Origin: Tubulanus polymorphus
Taxonomy: Eukaryota > Animalia > Nemertea
DNA: 64,000 bases
Direction: 5' to 3'
Assembly (NCBI RefSeq): GCF_964204645.1
Contig: NC_134036.1
Coordinates: forward strand, 3,998,600 to 4,062,599
The notes under the pieces were generated by a model. It saw only the letters and a list, made by a program, of their open reading frames with translations. It did not search any database and was not told the DNA's origin. Both the position numbers and the translations under genes were made by a program. This document shows, piece by piece, positions 52,342-64,000 of the stretch (positions within the stretch are counted from its first letter, which is position 1; each line of letters starts with the position of its first letter).

Positions 52342-55300
52342 TTATCTATGGGCGACCGCGGCACTTTTCGCTTTCTTCAAGTGATGATAATTGGGTAGAA
52401 TTTTCGTCAGGAAATCGAGCTGTAACGTTTGCGGCTGAAATGAGATGAGAGAAAGGCAAAAAGCTATATAACCCAAGTCTGCAAGGGAGGAATGTGGTAG
52501 GGTCTCACGATGCCATCAGGTTAAAATCCGTGCGAGGGAGGAATGTGGCAGAGTTTTATGATGCCATCAGGTTCGAATCTCCGCGAGCGAGGAACGTGGC
52601 AGTCTCGGAATGCCATCAGGTTCAGATCCCAGCGAGGGAGAACGGGGCAGAGTTTCACGATCCCATCAGATTCGAATCCGATCTCCAAGAGAACGGGCGA
52701 ATCGTGTTAAACCCACTTACCGCGGGACGCTCAGCTTGTATTCGCCTGCCGCAGTCAGCTCCGTAGACGACGGTGTTTTCGACCAACGTTTCTGGACTAG
52801 TTACTTCGCACATCGCGCCGATAATGCAGCCGTTCGACAGTCGAGTTTTCGGACCAACAACAGCTACAAATATATACGATACAAATTTCCGAAAAATACT
52901 AAAATAATTCGTTCCTCGCTTGATATCAACTACGAACGTTCGTAATCAGAAATGGAGAGCGCGATGACAAACAACGGATATTAGCCATTTCATCAGGGAG
53001 CCAAATCTGGCCGATTCTGATATTGGGGTCATTCATTTATTACGTACGCATTAGGGTAGGGGGAGGGGTCAGTGCAATTGCGTACTGTAATGCTTAATGT
53101 ATATGAAATAATGGCCAATTTTGCGTACAGAGGGGGAGGAGGGGGGTTGAAAAATTCAAATTTTATGCGTACGTAATAAATGAATGATCCCATTTTTACA
53201 AAAACGTTTTGAGGCGTTCTTCGAAACAGGCTAAAAGATTCTAAAAACCTTCTTGGTTCGGAATAAGTAAGGCTGAAAAGCAGGTGACAGCACCAGCTGA
53301 TTAAAGCAAAACTCAAGCTGGGACTGAGCTATCCGTCTGCAGGCAGTTATTCTACACTAGAGACACTGATTCATCCGACCCTAAACACCAGGCGCCAGTT
53401 GCTCAAAAGTTGGTTGAAGATAACCAACAGATAAATACCATAGTAAGGCTAAAAAAAATTGATACCTTGTTTTTCCGCTCTGCTGAGCTTAAATGTTGAC
53501 CTTAGAAATGAACTGTTTACATATTTTATCAAATTTTACAAAAACCGGCCGCTGCGGAGAAACAAGGTATCATTTTTGTTTAACCTAACAATGAACTTTT
53601 CGTCAGTACGTCAGCTATCCACTGGTTAACTCTAACCAACTATTGAGCAACTGAGGCCGGGGGTCAGAACTTAACCAGAGACATTTTCGATTGAAGATTA
53701 ACTACGCAGTTCCACAGTTCGGAGTGAAGATTTAACTCACGAGTTATATCAATGACTCAATGATTCAACTAAGAATTAACTCGCAACAACTGTGGAAATG
53801 GGTCCAGAAATATAAAATTTCGGCAAAAAAAATGCTCCGTCGCGCGCTACAATGCGCAGTTGAATCAGAACGGCCGAGGGGGTGGTTACACAATGCAGCT
53901 TGACATCCGAATGATCTACGCGAGACTTTAGTTGCGTCTTTTACCTTTAGCTTCTAAAACGTTGTTATCGCCGAACATCAGCGCCTGCGTACCTGGTTCT
54001 AATTGTCAAGGTTTTTTTTTTTGTCCCGAAATTTTCAAAATTCGATCGAAAACGTGTTTTTCTTCGTAAAAAAAAGGATACAACTCCCGACTTCGAACAC
54101 GTTGTTGTTGCCGATAACCATCGTGACGATCTCATTGTTTTCCGACTTTCTGGAAAAGAGAGTAATGACACGTTCGTTACATTCTTCTATCCTTCACGCG
54201 GAACAGACAGAATCTTTCAATTGTCCAAAAAGTATTATACCGGTACTACTGTCGGGGAGAAGGAGGGTTTTTCATTTTGGGATAGACCTACCGGTACATA
54301 CTTTTTAAATGCTCCCATCAGGGGTCATTCATTTTTAACGTACGCATTAGGGGAGGGGGGAGGGGTCAGTGCAATTGCGTACTGTAATGCTTAATGTATA
54401 TGAAAAAATGGCAGATTTTGCGTACAGAGGGGGAGGGGGGGTTGAAAAAATCAAATTTTATGCGTACGTAATAAATGAATGATCCCTCATGCTTACGTCT
54501 ATTTCAAATCAGAGAGGATGTGGGGTGGCCTAGCTCTGCCAGTTTTGGGCGGCGATGTAGGTCTTAATAGGACCACCACAGTCGAAATAATACGTCTACT
54601 CTCGATACATTTAACGTTGTATCGAGGGATTACCGATAAAGACTTCTTTAAATGGGGTCGAAAGAATGACTCCATAATTTGACTGCGTAACAATACATTT
54701 CTACGCCGACATACGATAATTTTGATGATTTGCAAAAATGTTCAGTTGGTATGGGTAGGAGTGGAAACATAAAGTTAAACATTCAAATTATTGAGTCACT
54801 TCTGTCTATTCGAGCCCTTCCGACGGAGATTTTTTTTGGCAATCCTTAAGTACAGCGCGAAATGGATTACAAATCAACGTTTTACATCAGCCGGCCGTCT
54901 TTGCTGGGCTTAAAACTGACATAACTACTAAAACTGACCAAGTTAGGCCACCCAACGTCCTCTCACGCAAAATTGAAACATTAAACATGAAGCTGGAACG
55001 AAGACAAAATTAGAAGGTGGGGCACCTAGCCCCATATGATCTGTCCCCGAGGATTAGGTGTTTTTTTAGAAACTAACTTGTTGATGATTTCGACTTGTTC
55101 CTCGATGAGATTGCTTTCACCGATGATAATCGGGCCTCCTTCGGCGATGATACGAGCTTTCGGATGAACGACCGTCCGTGAGCCTGAAATGAGAGTCGAG
55201 TTAATCACGTTAGTCTTCAACTTTTAAGAATCGTTTCGTCTAAGGCGAGGAGGGTAGATCGAGGGGGTCGACCGGGAGGTCTAGTTCACCCAGACCTAAC

Positions 55301-56841
55301 TACCGGCCGATATCTCTTGTTGTATCAAGTCAAGTACCACTCATTCATGCCAATGATTCGATATCATTTTATGAAAATTACATGTTTAACCCTCTCACAG
55401 TGCTGACTAATTAATACCCTATAGTGCTGGAGATAATTTGAAAATTTTTAAAAATTCCACCCTATTGTGTTGAATAACGGCTAATACCACTGTAGTACGT
55501 GCCTACACCGCGCCGCGGTGTATCATTAGTTACAAGTATTTCACTATGTTTGACAGGTGCTGCCATTTTTCAAGGGAGATAATTACTAATTACATTAATA
55601 TACCGCAGTGCGGCGTACTAGCAAAAATCTATCACTGATTTATACACCGCACTGCGGTGTAGACGCACTGAAAGGGTTAAAGCATTGTGTTTCGCAATCC
55701 TCATCTCTTACCTATGGTTATTTCTCCTCTGAGTTCACATTCTGTACAGACAACCGCCCCTTGCGCGATCTTCAAACTGAAATTCAACGCAGCACAAATT
55801 TTAACTCATAGAATTTCGCAGTCGAAAAAATTGCGTATACAAAAATCAGGGGCTGCAGTTGCTCAAAAGTTGGTTCGAGATAACTAGCAGATTAATACCA
55901 TCATAGGCCTAACAATTGTCACAGTGTCAACTATCCACTGGTTAATTCTAACAGCTTTTCAGCAACTGGCCCCACACAGAAGGCAATATGAAACTAAGTG
56001 GCGAGTGATGACTTCTTCGATTCGAATGCGACACCTTTCTGACTGATGACGACCGAGGACAGAGTCGCAACAAACCGAGATAAACTGTATTTGGTCGCTT
56101 AGCTGACTGACGACAAATTTTTTTACTATATATTGCCTCACCCTGAACTAACCTAACCCTAATCCTAACCCCTCACTCACCTTAGGGGTCATTCATTTAT
56201 TACGTGCTCATTAGAAGAGAGGGGAGGGGTCAGTGCAATTGCGTATTGTAATGCTTAATGTATATGAAAAATGGCTGATTTTGCGTACAAAAGAGGGGAG
56301 GGGGGTTGAAAAATTTAAATTTCATGGCTTTGGCGTACGTAATAAATGAATGATCCCTTACCTTAATCCTAATCCTTACCCTAATCCTAATGCTTTAGAC
56401 CCTGTAAACCTAATACCCTAACCCTCTGAACCGAACCCTCTAGATAGAGTAGCTACGATTCAAAAAGCCGCCATTTTGTATCGACGATCTAGACTGGGAT
56501 CTACCACAATTCCGCCGTTGTCAGTTTAGATGGGACTCGTAAGTTAAAACATAGGAAAATGAACTAAAAGATCCAGTTAATGAAGAAATTCAATCATGAG
56601 TTTAGGCCGCCGGGAGTTTGATATATATATGACAAAAAATGACTCAAAAATATCCATCGCCATCAGAAAATTGACGTTAATTCGTCTTAGTTCAGCGCGA
56701 TTCAACTTTCAAACTTTCGAGATTCCACCTTAAAACGGTCGAATCGTTAATGCAACAGCTTAAACTAAGTTTCTGCGGGTAAAATCGAATGGAAATTCGC
56801 GTCGCTCACCTCGAAGCGGAGTTTCTATTGGGCGTCGCCAT
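52342..56841 (-). CDS. DCTN6: Dynactin subunit 6 (p27), 184 aa
   Basis: Exons 56841-56810, 55776-55712, 55183-55078, 54149-54082, 53992-53945, 52863-52721, 52434-52342. Translation includes [61 protein letters not shown] and [21 protein letters not shown]. PolyA signal at ~52084-52089. Confidence 0.96.
53026..53190. mobile_element. MITE family with TIR GGGGTCATTCATTTATTACGTACGC
   Basis: Near-identical ~165 bp copies also at 54320-54486, 56184-56357 and 62265-62429; relatives at 31519-31825 and 16125-16545. Confidence 0.85.
53993..54081 (-). other. U12-type (minor spliceosome) GT-AG intron, 89 nt, in DCTN6
   Basis: Donor GTATCCTT; branch site CCTTGAC (54011-54005) ~12 nt from the AG; no polypyrimidine tract. 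Confidence 0.9.
55390..55676. mobile_element. piggyBac-like MITE
   Basis: TTAA-CCCT...AGGG-TTAA (TTAA duplication, CCCT termini); a related copy at ~60612-61160. Confidence 0.75.
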
Positions 56842-59800
56842 TTTGACTCGCTTACCGCAGTTACTTTCAATTCAACGCAATTCTAATTTATTGACAAAAA
56901 TCATATTCCCAATATACATGAACCCAATGTAACCTGACAGGGGCTTATCAGTGAAATATAGAACTTTTCATTTTTGGCCGAATTTATTGCGCGATTTCTC
57001 TCGTTATTTATCATACACGGTTATTGCGTATCTTCTCGTCACATTCCACTGGTTGGTTGTCAAGTAGCTGAATCTTGACTTCATATCACTACTTCCGCAA
57101 AAAGGCGGAAAATCTTCGACTTAAACATAAATGAAAAGAGCCGTATCTTTTGGAAATCATATCTTACATTAATTTATTCGTCATCGTATTAATTACATTA
57201 TATACAATATATACTCTACGTAGCTACATTATACCGAACAGTAAACCTACCCCCTACCCGGGCGGGTCCGCAACCCCCCCTACCTGGAACTCCGGACATT
57301 CTGTGTAGAATTCACACTGTGTTCAGGACCCCAACCCCACCTGGAGTCCAGTTTCGTGTTCACAGGTTCAAGTTCACACAGGAAACTGGCCAGGCTAATG
57401 TCTATTTCAACCTGACTTGCGAGAGAGCATTCCTGGTTGCCTAGCTCAGTTAGTTTTGGTAGTACATACCTGATAGAAGTCTTATTAGGACCAGAATGCA
57501 TTGGCAGCTGAACTAAAATATCGTTTTTTAATCCACTTTAAATTGTATTAATTGCATGGAGTCACTTCTTGTCATTTAACCCCTTTCAGTGAAGACTTTT
57601 TGGATATCCTTCAATACAGTTTCGAATGGATTAAAAAATGATGATTTAGGTCGACTGCCAGTCCTTTCCGGTCCTATTAAGACCTTTGTCAGATATGTAC
57701 TACCAAAAATTAGCAAGCTAGGCCACCCAGAATGCTCTCAAGTCAGGTAGAAATAGACATTAGTACCGAGTACATGTGATGTAATCTATTGCACAACAAC
57801 GCTAATTAATCGTCGCATTTGAATTTCATCCGGTGGAAGTATCAAACTCGGAATAACAATAATAATACACAGTGCATCGTTACAATCATCTCGTTACTAA
57901 CTAATTGCTTGAGGGTTTAGTTTTTCACGGATCTATACACACACTCAACATCGACGATTCTATATCACAAAAAGTCTACTCTAGATTCAGGTTCAGTACA
58001 TATACATTATTACATGTATGATAACACTTAATAGTCAATCTGACAAAGTGAATACAGTGATGCAGGTATCGATTTGCAGCCCGGACCCTGACGCTGCCCC
58101 CCTCACGACATTCGACATCTAGATCATCACCAAACGCCTCAAATATAATCATTCTGAATCATATAGAATTATTCAATGTTGGCTTCGTTATCGTGGGATT
58201 TCTCTCGTCCTCATCATCGCATTCATTCATCCTATATCTGATCAGCTATATCCGATCACCTGAGACATTTCTGATTGAAAATCAACCACCGACACTAGAC
58301 ATCGAGCGTGCTGATAAAATGTCTGCCAGACATTAGACGCTTTATCGGCACACTTTGAAAAACTGATTGTCCATACTTCACATGTGTTGAGCGCTTCGCC
58401 TGAGACATTTTCGATTGAAAATGAACCACGAATGTCAGATGTTTTACATATACCCATTTCACGAAAATGTATACAATGACGAAATGTCTAAAGAGGGTGG
58501 TTCTTTACTGCAGATTGATACCTATGAGTATGGGGGGTCCATTTATCATTCTACACACATACAGCTATATCTTCTAAGGTATATTGCCAAGATTCAACTA
58601 TAAAACTGCAACAATCAGTCCTACAGTGTTAAAGTTTAAAGCATTGAAAACAAACTCACAGATAACTGCTAAACTGGATCTGGGTTATCACGTGTCTTGA
58701 AATATAAACAGAACTACTAAAGACCAACAACAAGCATTGATAAGAAAACAAAACGCTAAAATAAACTCAATCTATCAAACTAAACAAAATTCGCAGAAAC
58801 CACCGCAAGTCGTAAAGCATGAATCCTCGAAATTAACTGACTACGAAAATAACTACAAAACTACAAAATACGTTGAGGGGCCAGTCGCTAAAAAATTGGA
58901 CGTCAACTATTGTTCCGTTAACTTTAGCCAACTTTCGAACGACTAGCCCCAAGGCTGGTCTAATATCGTTTAAGTTTTACAAATCCTGAGACGAACGAAT
59001 TTCAACACTCTGTAGGGTCGAATATTAACGTTTGAACTCTGGAACTGGAGATGTACAGGCCGGGTTGGGCTGGACGTCGATTTGTACTCCTACCGAAAAC
59101 GAAAATATTTTCGATACACTAATTCTTTTTAATTACAAAATAAAAAATAATTCTCGTGAGATCAAGATTCGTGCGGTAAACGATAATGAAATCGATACAT
59201 AACCGAATGGGCAGCCGCATCACTACTGTGGCAGGTGAGTATTCCGCACGTGGCAGGCGAGGATCCGCCAGGTGTCGCTAGCAGAAATACTCGGTCTTCC
59301 GCGTGGCGATTTCTTCTACATTTATTTCAAAAAAAACGAATTTTCTCTTCAATGAATCAATTATTATGAAAACTATACCGATATCCAAGTAGAAGAATAA
59401 ATTCATTGTCTTTTTGGTAGGTGTTGCAAAGTTTTCATTGAAAATGAACTAATTTCGACAACGGAAGACCTACTGCTTTTCACGCCATCTGGTGGGATAG
59501 CCCGATGTCGCGAGTTCCCCGTATTGTCGCAATTTCGAGCACTTTATTACAATTATACACAAAAAACAAAATCAGTGACTAGAGTTCATGCCCCGATAGT
59601 GTAGTGCCCCGAAAATGCCCCGATAGTGCTAACGAATCGGTCGGGTAGGGAGCGCGACCTAATCACAATTCACTGCATATACATGTACACATAGACAATT
59701 GATGATGATAGAATGATATGGTTAACCTCGCCCAAGGCTTGAAAGAAATGATACCTTGTTTCTCCTAATCGGCCGGGTCACTTTTCTAAACCGCAATAGG

Positions 59801-60333
59801 ATTTTTAATCAGTTCATTTCTATAACTATCGCGCCTGTTACGGTTAGATCATGATTTTTCAAAAAGGTTATGTACAGGGTAGATAGGCGGCGGGCTCAGC
59901 CGTAAAATATTGGAAATAAGGTATCGATTTTTGTTTAGCCTAACTCCATTTGATCATCACACTTTCATCAAAAGTGACTTTCCAGGCTTCGCACACTATA
60001 GTCAATGGTGAATGTGTAAACTTTGAATGCGGTTGCAACTTGCAGTGTTCGCCATATGCTGGAATTCTAAATTTTAGCTTAAATTTGGTGTGATCTTTTT
60101 TTCTCATTATAGCGCATTATATTACAACGCAATTATCGGCGTTGATAGAATATTGAAATCCACTACTAATAGGGGCAGCAGATATTTCAGTAGAGATATT
60201 TCAGTCAGGCGGGGTCCAGGCTGATCGGATTGACGATATCACTTCGATTTTAAAATCTTTTCTCGAAACGCGCGATAATACACTTATTGCTCTCGGCTAA
60301 TTTCGAAACAGTTCGTTAGTTCCGGCGCGTTCG

Positions 60334-63320
60334 TTACAACTGGAACAACTGTTCGTGCGCCGGTTCGAACCGCGCGACCGACTTGTTGATCTGCTGCGAG
60401 CGCACCTTCGACTTGATGACGAGTTCCGGCGACGACGTCGACGACGACGTGCCTGCCGCGTCGCTGTTGTGTTGACTGTCGAGGCTGTGTCCGCGCGGAC
60501 GACGCACGTAGCGCGACGTCTTCGCCGACAAGTGGTTCAACGGGTTGCGCTCGTCCGTGACCGAAAATCTAGAAAATAGAAACAAAAATATGACGCCCCG
60601 GAAAAACGTTATTAACCCTGTCGGTGCCGGAGATGATTTGAAAATTTAAGAAAATTCAACCCCAGCGTATTTAGGATAATGGGCATACCACTATCATGTC
60701 TACACTGCGGTGCCGTGCATTGTTAGTTATTGATATTCAATTATGTACTTCGATTTTAAAAATATTCTTCTAACTCGACCGCCGATCACACATCTATATA
60801 TGTACTTTGATTTCCGATTTCAACATCAAACCCTGTTTCGCTCCCGGCAGGTGTGGTGGGTCTGTTAGGGACACTCAATCGAAAAATCAAACAAAATTTA
60901 CCAGCCAAATAAATAAATAATGGGGACAATCCCTATTTTAAGATTTAAAAAAAAAACATAAAAAAAAAAATTAATTAATTTAAAAAAAAATAAAAGTTAT
61001 TGATATTCAACAGTGCTTGACAGGTGCTGCCATCTTTTATTAAAGACAATTACTAATTAGATCAATACACCGCGGCGTAATGTAGACATAATATAGCGGT
61101 ATGGCCGCTATTAAGCCCATCGCTGATTTATACACCGCACTGCGGTGTAGACACACTGAAAATGAGAAAGTAGGCTAAATCTTTATCCCTTCGATGACAT
61201 AGTCGAATTGATGTCGTTCTACCCACTGAGTCAGACCGATCGAGAAATGATGGCTGCTTGCGTATATTTCCCTACGACATCATTTAATCGATGTGGTCGC
61301 ACGTAAATACTTCCAAAAAGATGGGTGACTTAACGAATCTCCCTACGACATCATCGAATTAATATCCATCCTTTTGGAAAGATTGTTGCCTTCACGAGTC
61401 TGCCTATGACATCATACAATTTATGTGACATCATCAAATTGACGTGGGTATAGTAAGGAACCCTTTCTGAAAAGATGGCTGCTTACGTCAAAATCCCCCT
61501 ATGACATCATGGAGTGGTTATGAACCCTTCCGAAACAATCAAATCAAACTTACTCCGTTTTTTGCTCCATCGCTTTCACGTCTTTTTTAATCTTCGCTAA
61601 ATTCACGTCGAACTTACTGAGAAAGTCTCGCGCCGATATCTCGACGGGCGGCGCCACCGCTGCGCCGCCGTCTTCCGTGCGCGAACGATTAGTCCTGTTT
61701 TTAGCGTTACTGTCACGACTATTAGATTTCGTATCGACCGCTGCCGCCGTCGTCGTGCAAATAACGGTGTCATTGTTGCCGACGCTACGACGCGGGCTAT
61801 TCCGCGGACTAGATGCGGCGCGATGCCCCCTGGAGGTGAAACCCGTTGAAAAATTATGCTGCGCGAAATTCTCGCCACCATCGGCATTCGTCGAGTCTCC
61901 GTTTTGACCTTGGAAGGTCGCGTGTTCCGACGTGTGTACGAGCGGTATGAGCAGTTCGTCTCGTAGGTATAAACTGTCGTTCGTCCAAATTTTGTTCGCG
62001 CGTTTGATATGTTCCATCTGCAAGTGAGAGAACACAAGAGATCAGAGGAACAGGCAGGAAGGTATGATTTAGAAAGTGGAACTTTTACGATGACCAGCCT
62101 GCTTCTTGGGCGGACGGGTGGCTGGCTGTCCGAGGATGCATAGACCTTGGCTGAATAAATGACTCGAGCCAGTGGCGGCTGTGTTGTAGGCCTACAATAG
62201 TAGTACAGACCATCCACAAGGCGTCTAAATCTTCCGTGCTCAATCTTTACACGTCATAGCCAAAGGGATCATTCATTAATTACGTACGCATAAAATTTGA
62301 ATTTTTCAATCCCCTTCCCCCGCTGTACGCAAAATTGGCCATTTTTTCTTATACACTAAGCATTACAGTACGCGATTGCACTGACCCCTCCCCCCTCCCC
62401 TAATGCGTACGTAATAAATGAATGACCCCAAATGGAAAATGCCGGGCCCGGTTGCTCAAAAGTTGGTAAAAGATAACCAGTGGATAGATACCGTAGTAAC
62501 GATGAACTTTTAATTGTCACTATGTCAACAATCCACACTGGTTAACTCTAACCAACCTTTGAGCAACTGGCCCCAGGCAGGTATCTTTAGTTCTAGTTCT
62601 ACCTATTACTGGCCAATTTCAACATCTTGAAGATTTTTGCCAGGTACGGACTTTTGTTGTTAAATCAGTGAGTCGACGAGCACTGATATGTGTCCTGCCT
62701 GAATAGCAGGTTTCACTAGGATTCGAACCCTCAACCTCTCGGTTGTGAGTCAAACACCTTATCCACCATGACACACAGGACAGGACAATCTTTTATCTGG
62801 GACCAGGCTCGATGCACAGCTAAGGACCGGACCAAGCGGAAGAAGTTTGTAACGGGCTTATGTCCCAGAAGGGAAGGGATGAGGAGGATTAAGAGAGAAA
62901 TGGAAAATGGATAAATGTTCCTTTCCCGTTCAATGGTCGGATCGGAAGGGTCGGTCGGTCCAAGCAACAAGTTGTTAGGCGACTTTTATTGATCTTATTG
63001 ATGAGAAATCGATCATTGATTGTTGTTTATATCGAAGAGAGTAGTTGCAGTTTCATTTCTTCCAATCAATCCTCCTCCTCAAACTGACTCCCCAGCCACT
63101 CACCGAGCCATCGAGATGTCTGACTGGAGAATTTTGTTCTTACCGTTACGCCGTATTTCAGCGCGATTCCTTGCAACGTTTCGTCCTTCTCGACTTTGTG
63201 GTGGATATAGGTTTCAGTACGGGATATAGCCGCCCGCTTAGTCGTGCCGTAGTGGCCGTGAGATCGGGCCATTTTACCGAAAGAAGCCTTCTCTCCCGAT
63301 CCACCGCCTCCGGTCGCCAT
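60334..63320 (-). CDS. LysM domain-containing protein (LYSMD1/2-like), 291 aa
   Basis: Exons 63320-63144, 62017-61554, 60568-60334. LysM HKVEKDETLQGIALKYGVTMEHIKRANKIWTNDSLYLRDELLIP; DFLSKFD coiled segment; C-terminal HEQLFQL. Confidence 0.92.
62444..62575. mobile_element. Palindromic MITE family with GGGCCAGTTGCTCAAA-type TIR
   Basis: Copies at ~15251-15390, 27140-27260, 44720-44850, 50400-50540, 53393-53660, 55849-55973 and 58876-58950; a relative at 41165-41310. Confidence 0.8.
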
Positions 63321-63379
63321 TTTGCGGGAGAACTGTCAAATAAATTTTTGAATTGAATTTACGAAAAAGGGGTCTTGAC

Positions 63380-63870
63380 GGTGGCGCCATCTTGCTCATT
63401 TTGACCTCTTTTTAATGAGAATATGGTTATAAAATGTCCTGATTGCGTATTTTGTATGTTTCAAATATGTACCAGCATGTTAGTTTTACCTTTCCTAAAA
63501 TACATTTGAATTTGAACATTTTTTGCGCATGTACGCCGCCGGATCACATGACCACCCATACTGGACAAAATGTCCGCGCCCATGAAATTGAAATAAAATC
63601 GAATATGCCTCTGAGAGGGCGATTTCTAGTCCTCGAATAACCACGAAATATCGACGATCTTAACATTTTAAAGAAGAATCATCGGTTATCCACGTGATGT
63701 CGTCATTTTACGCTAACTCTAGCCAACCGTAGAATACCGAATAAATGGAATAAATCGGGCTCGAACCGAAGCCACATTCAATATTCTGCGCGCGCCGCGT
63801 CATCCAATGACGTCATTGTGCAGCGTTGACAGTTGGCTGTCGCCTTGCGTCTAGCACCAACCATTCCAGT
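63380..63870. promoter_or_regulatory. Probable LYSMD promoter, possibly bidirectional
   Basis: CCAAT overlapping a CRE palindrome TGACGTCA (63804-63815), CACGTG (63691-63696), YY1-like CGCCATCTTG (~63385). Confidence 0.45.
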
Positions 63871-64000
63871 ACTATTGAGTTGTGGTGTTTACGTTGTCGT
63901 TATTACTCGCAGTATTTTGGATTAAGTTAAGCCGTAATTCGACGGTTTTCGCAGTCTCTGTAAACATGGATTTATTCGGTAGCGTTTTGTTGCTTATGTC

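Noticed and set aside
56141-56440. Telomere or telomerase RNA template
   Set aside because: Short degenerate CCCTAA-like repeats in an intron, split by a MITE; no pseudoknot or H/ACA context. TAACCCTA at ~47547 is also inside a MITE.
61603-62217. 204-aa overlapping ORF
   Set aside because: Alternative frame of the GC-rich LYSMD exon 2, with no domain signal.

Overview
Eukaryotic, intron-rich genomic DNA, by inference from an invertebrate (probably a marine spiralian). It holds four spliced protein-coding genes. (1) A + strand receptor protein tyrosine phosphatase, 5'-incomplete (305-29235): EGF-like exon, FN3 repeats, TM helix, intact D1, degenerate D2, C-terminal YANF. Its ~9 kb intron carries a near-full-length CR1/L2-type LINE, a 2.2 kb foldback element and a SINE. 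(2) Ornithine decarboxylase antizyme (- strand, 51210-48753), with a +1 frameshift site UCC-UGA-U and a downstream pseudoknot. (3) Dynactin subunit 6 (- strand, 56841-52342), with a U12-type intron. (4) A LYSMD1/2-like LysM gene (- strand, 63320-60334). The rest is MITEs, SINEs, LINE tails, tandem repeats and a minimal hammerhead ribozyme motif (38920-38976). The most unusual signal lies in the ~7 kb non-coding, hairpin-rich region downstream of antizyme. It contains a 24-nt stretch (43982-44005) perfectly antisense to the spliced antizyme ORF1 across the exon1-exon2 junction, plus a weaker element matching the frameshift site. This suggests an RNA-RNA control layer on antizyme translation; that function is inferred and untested.
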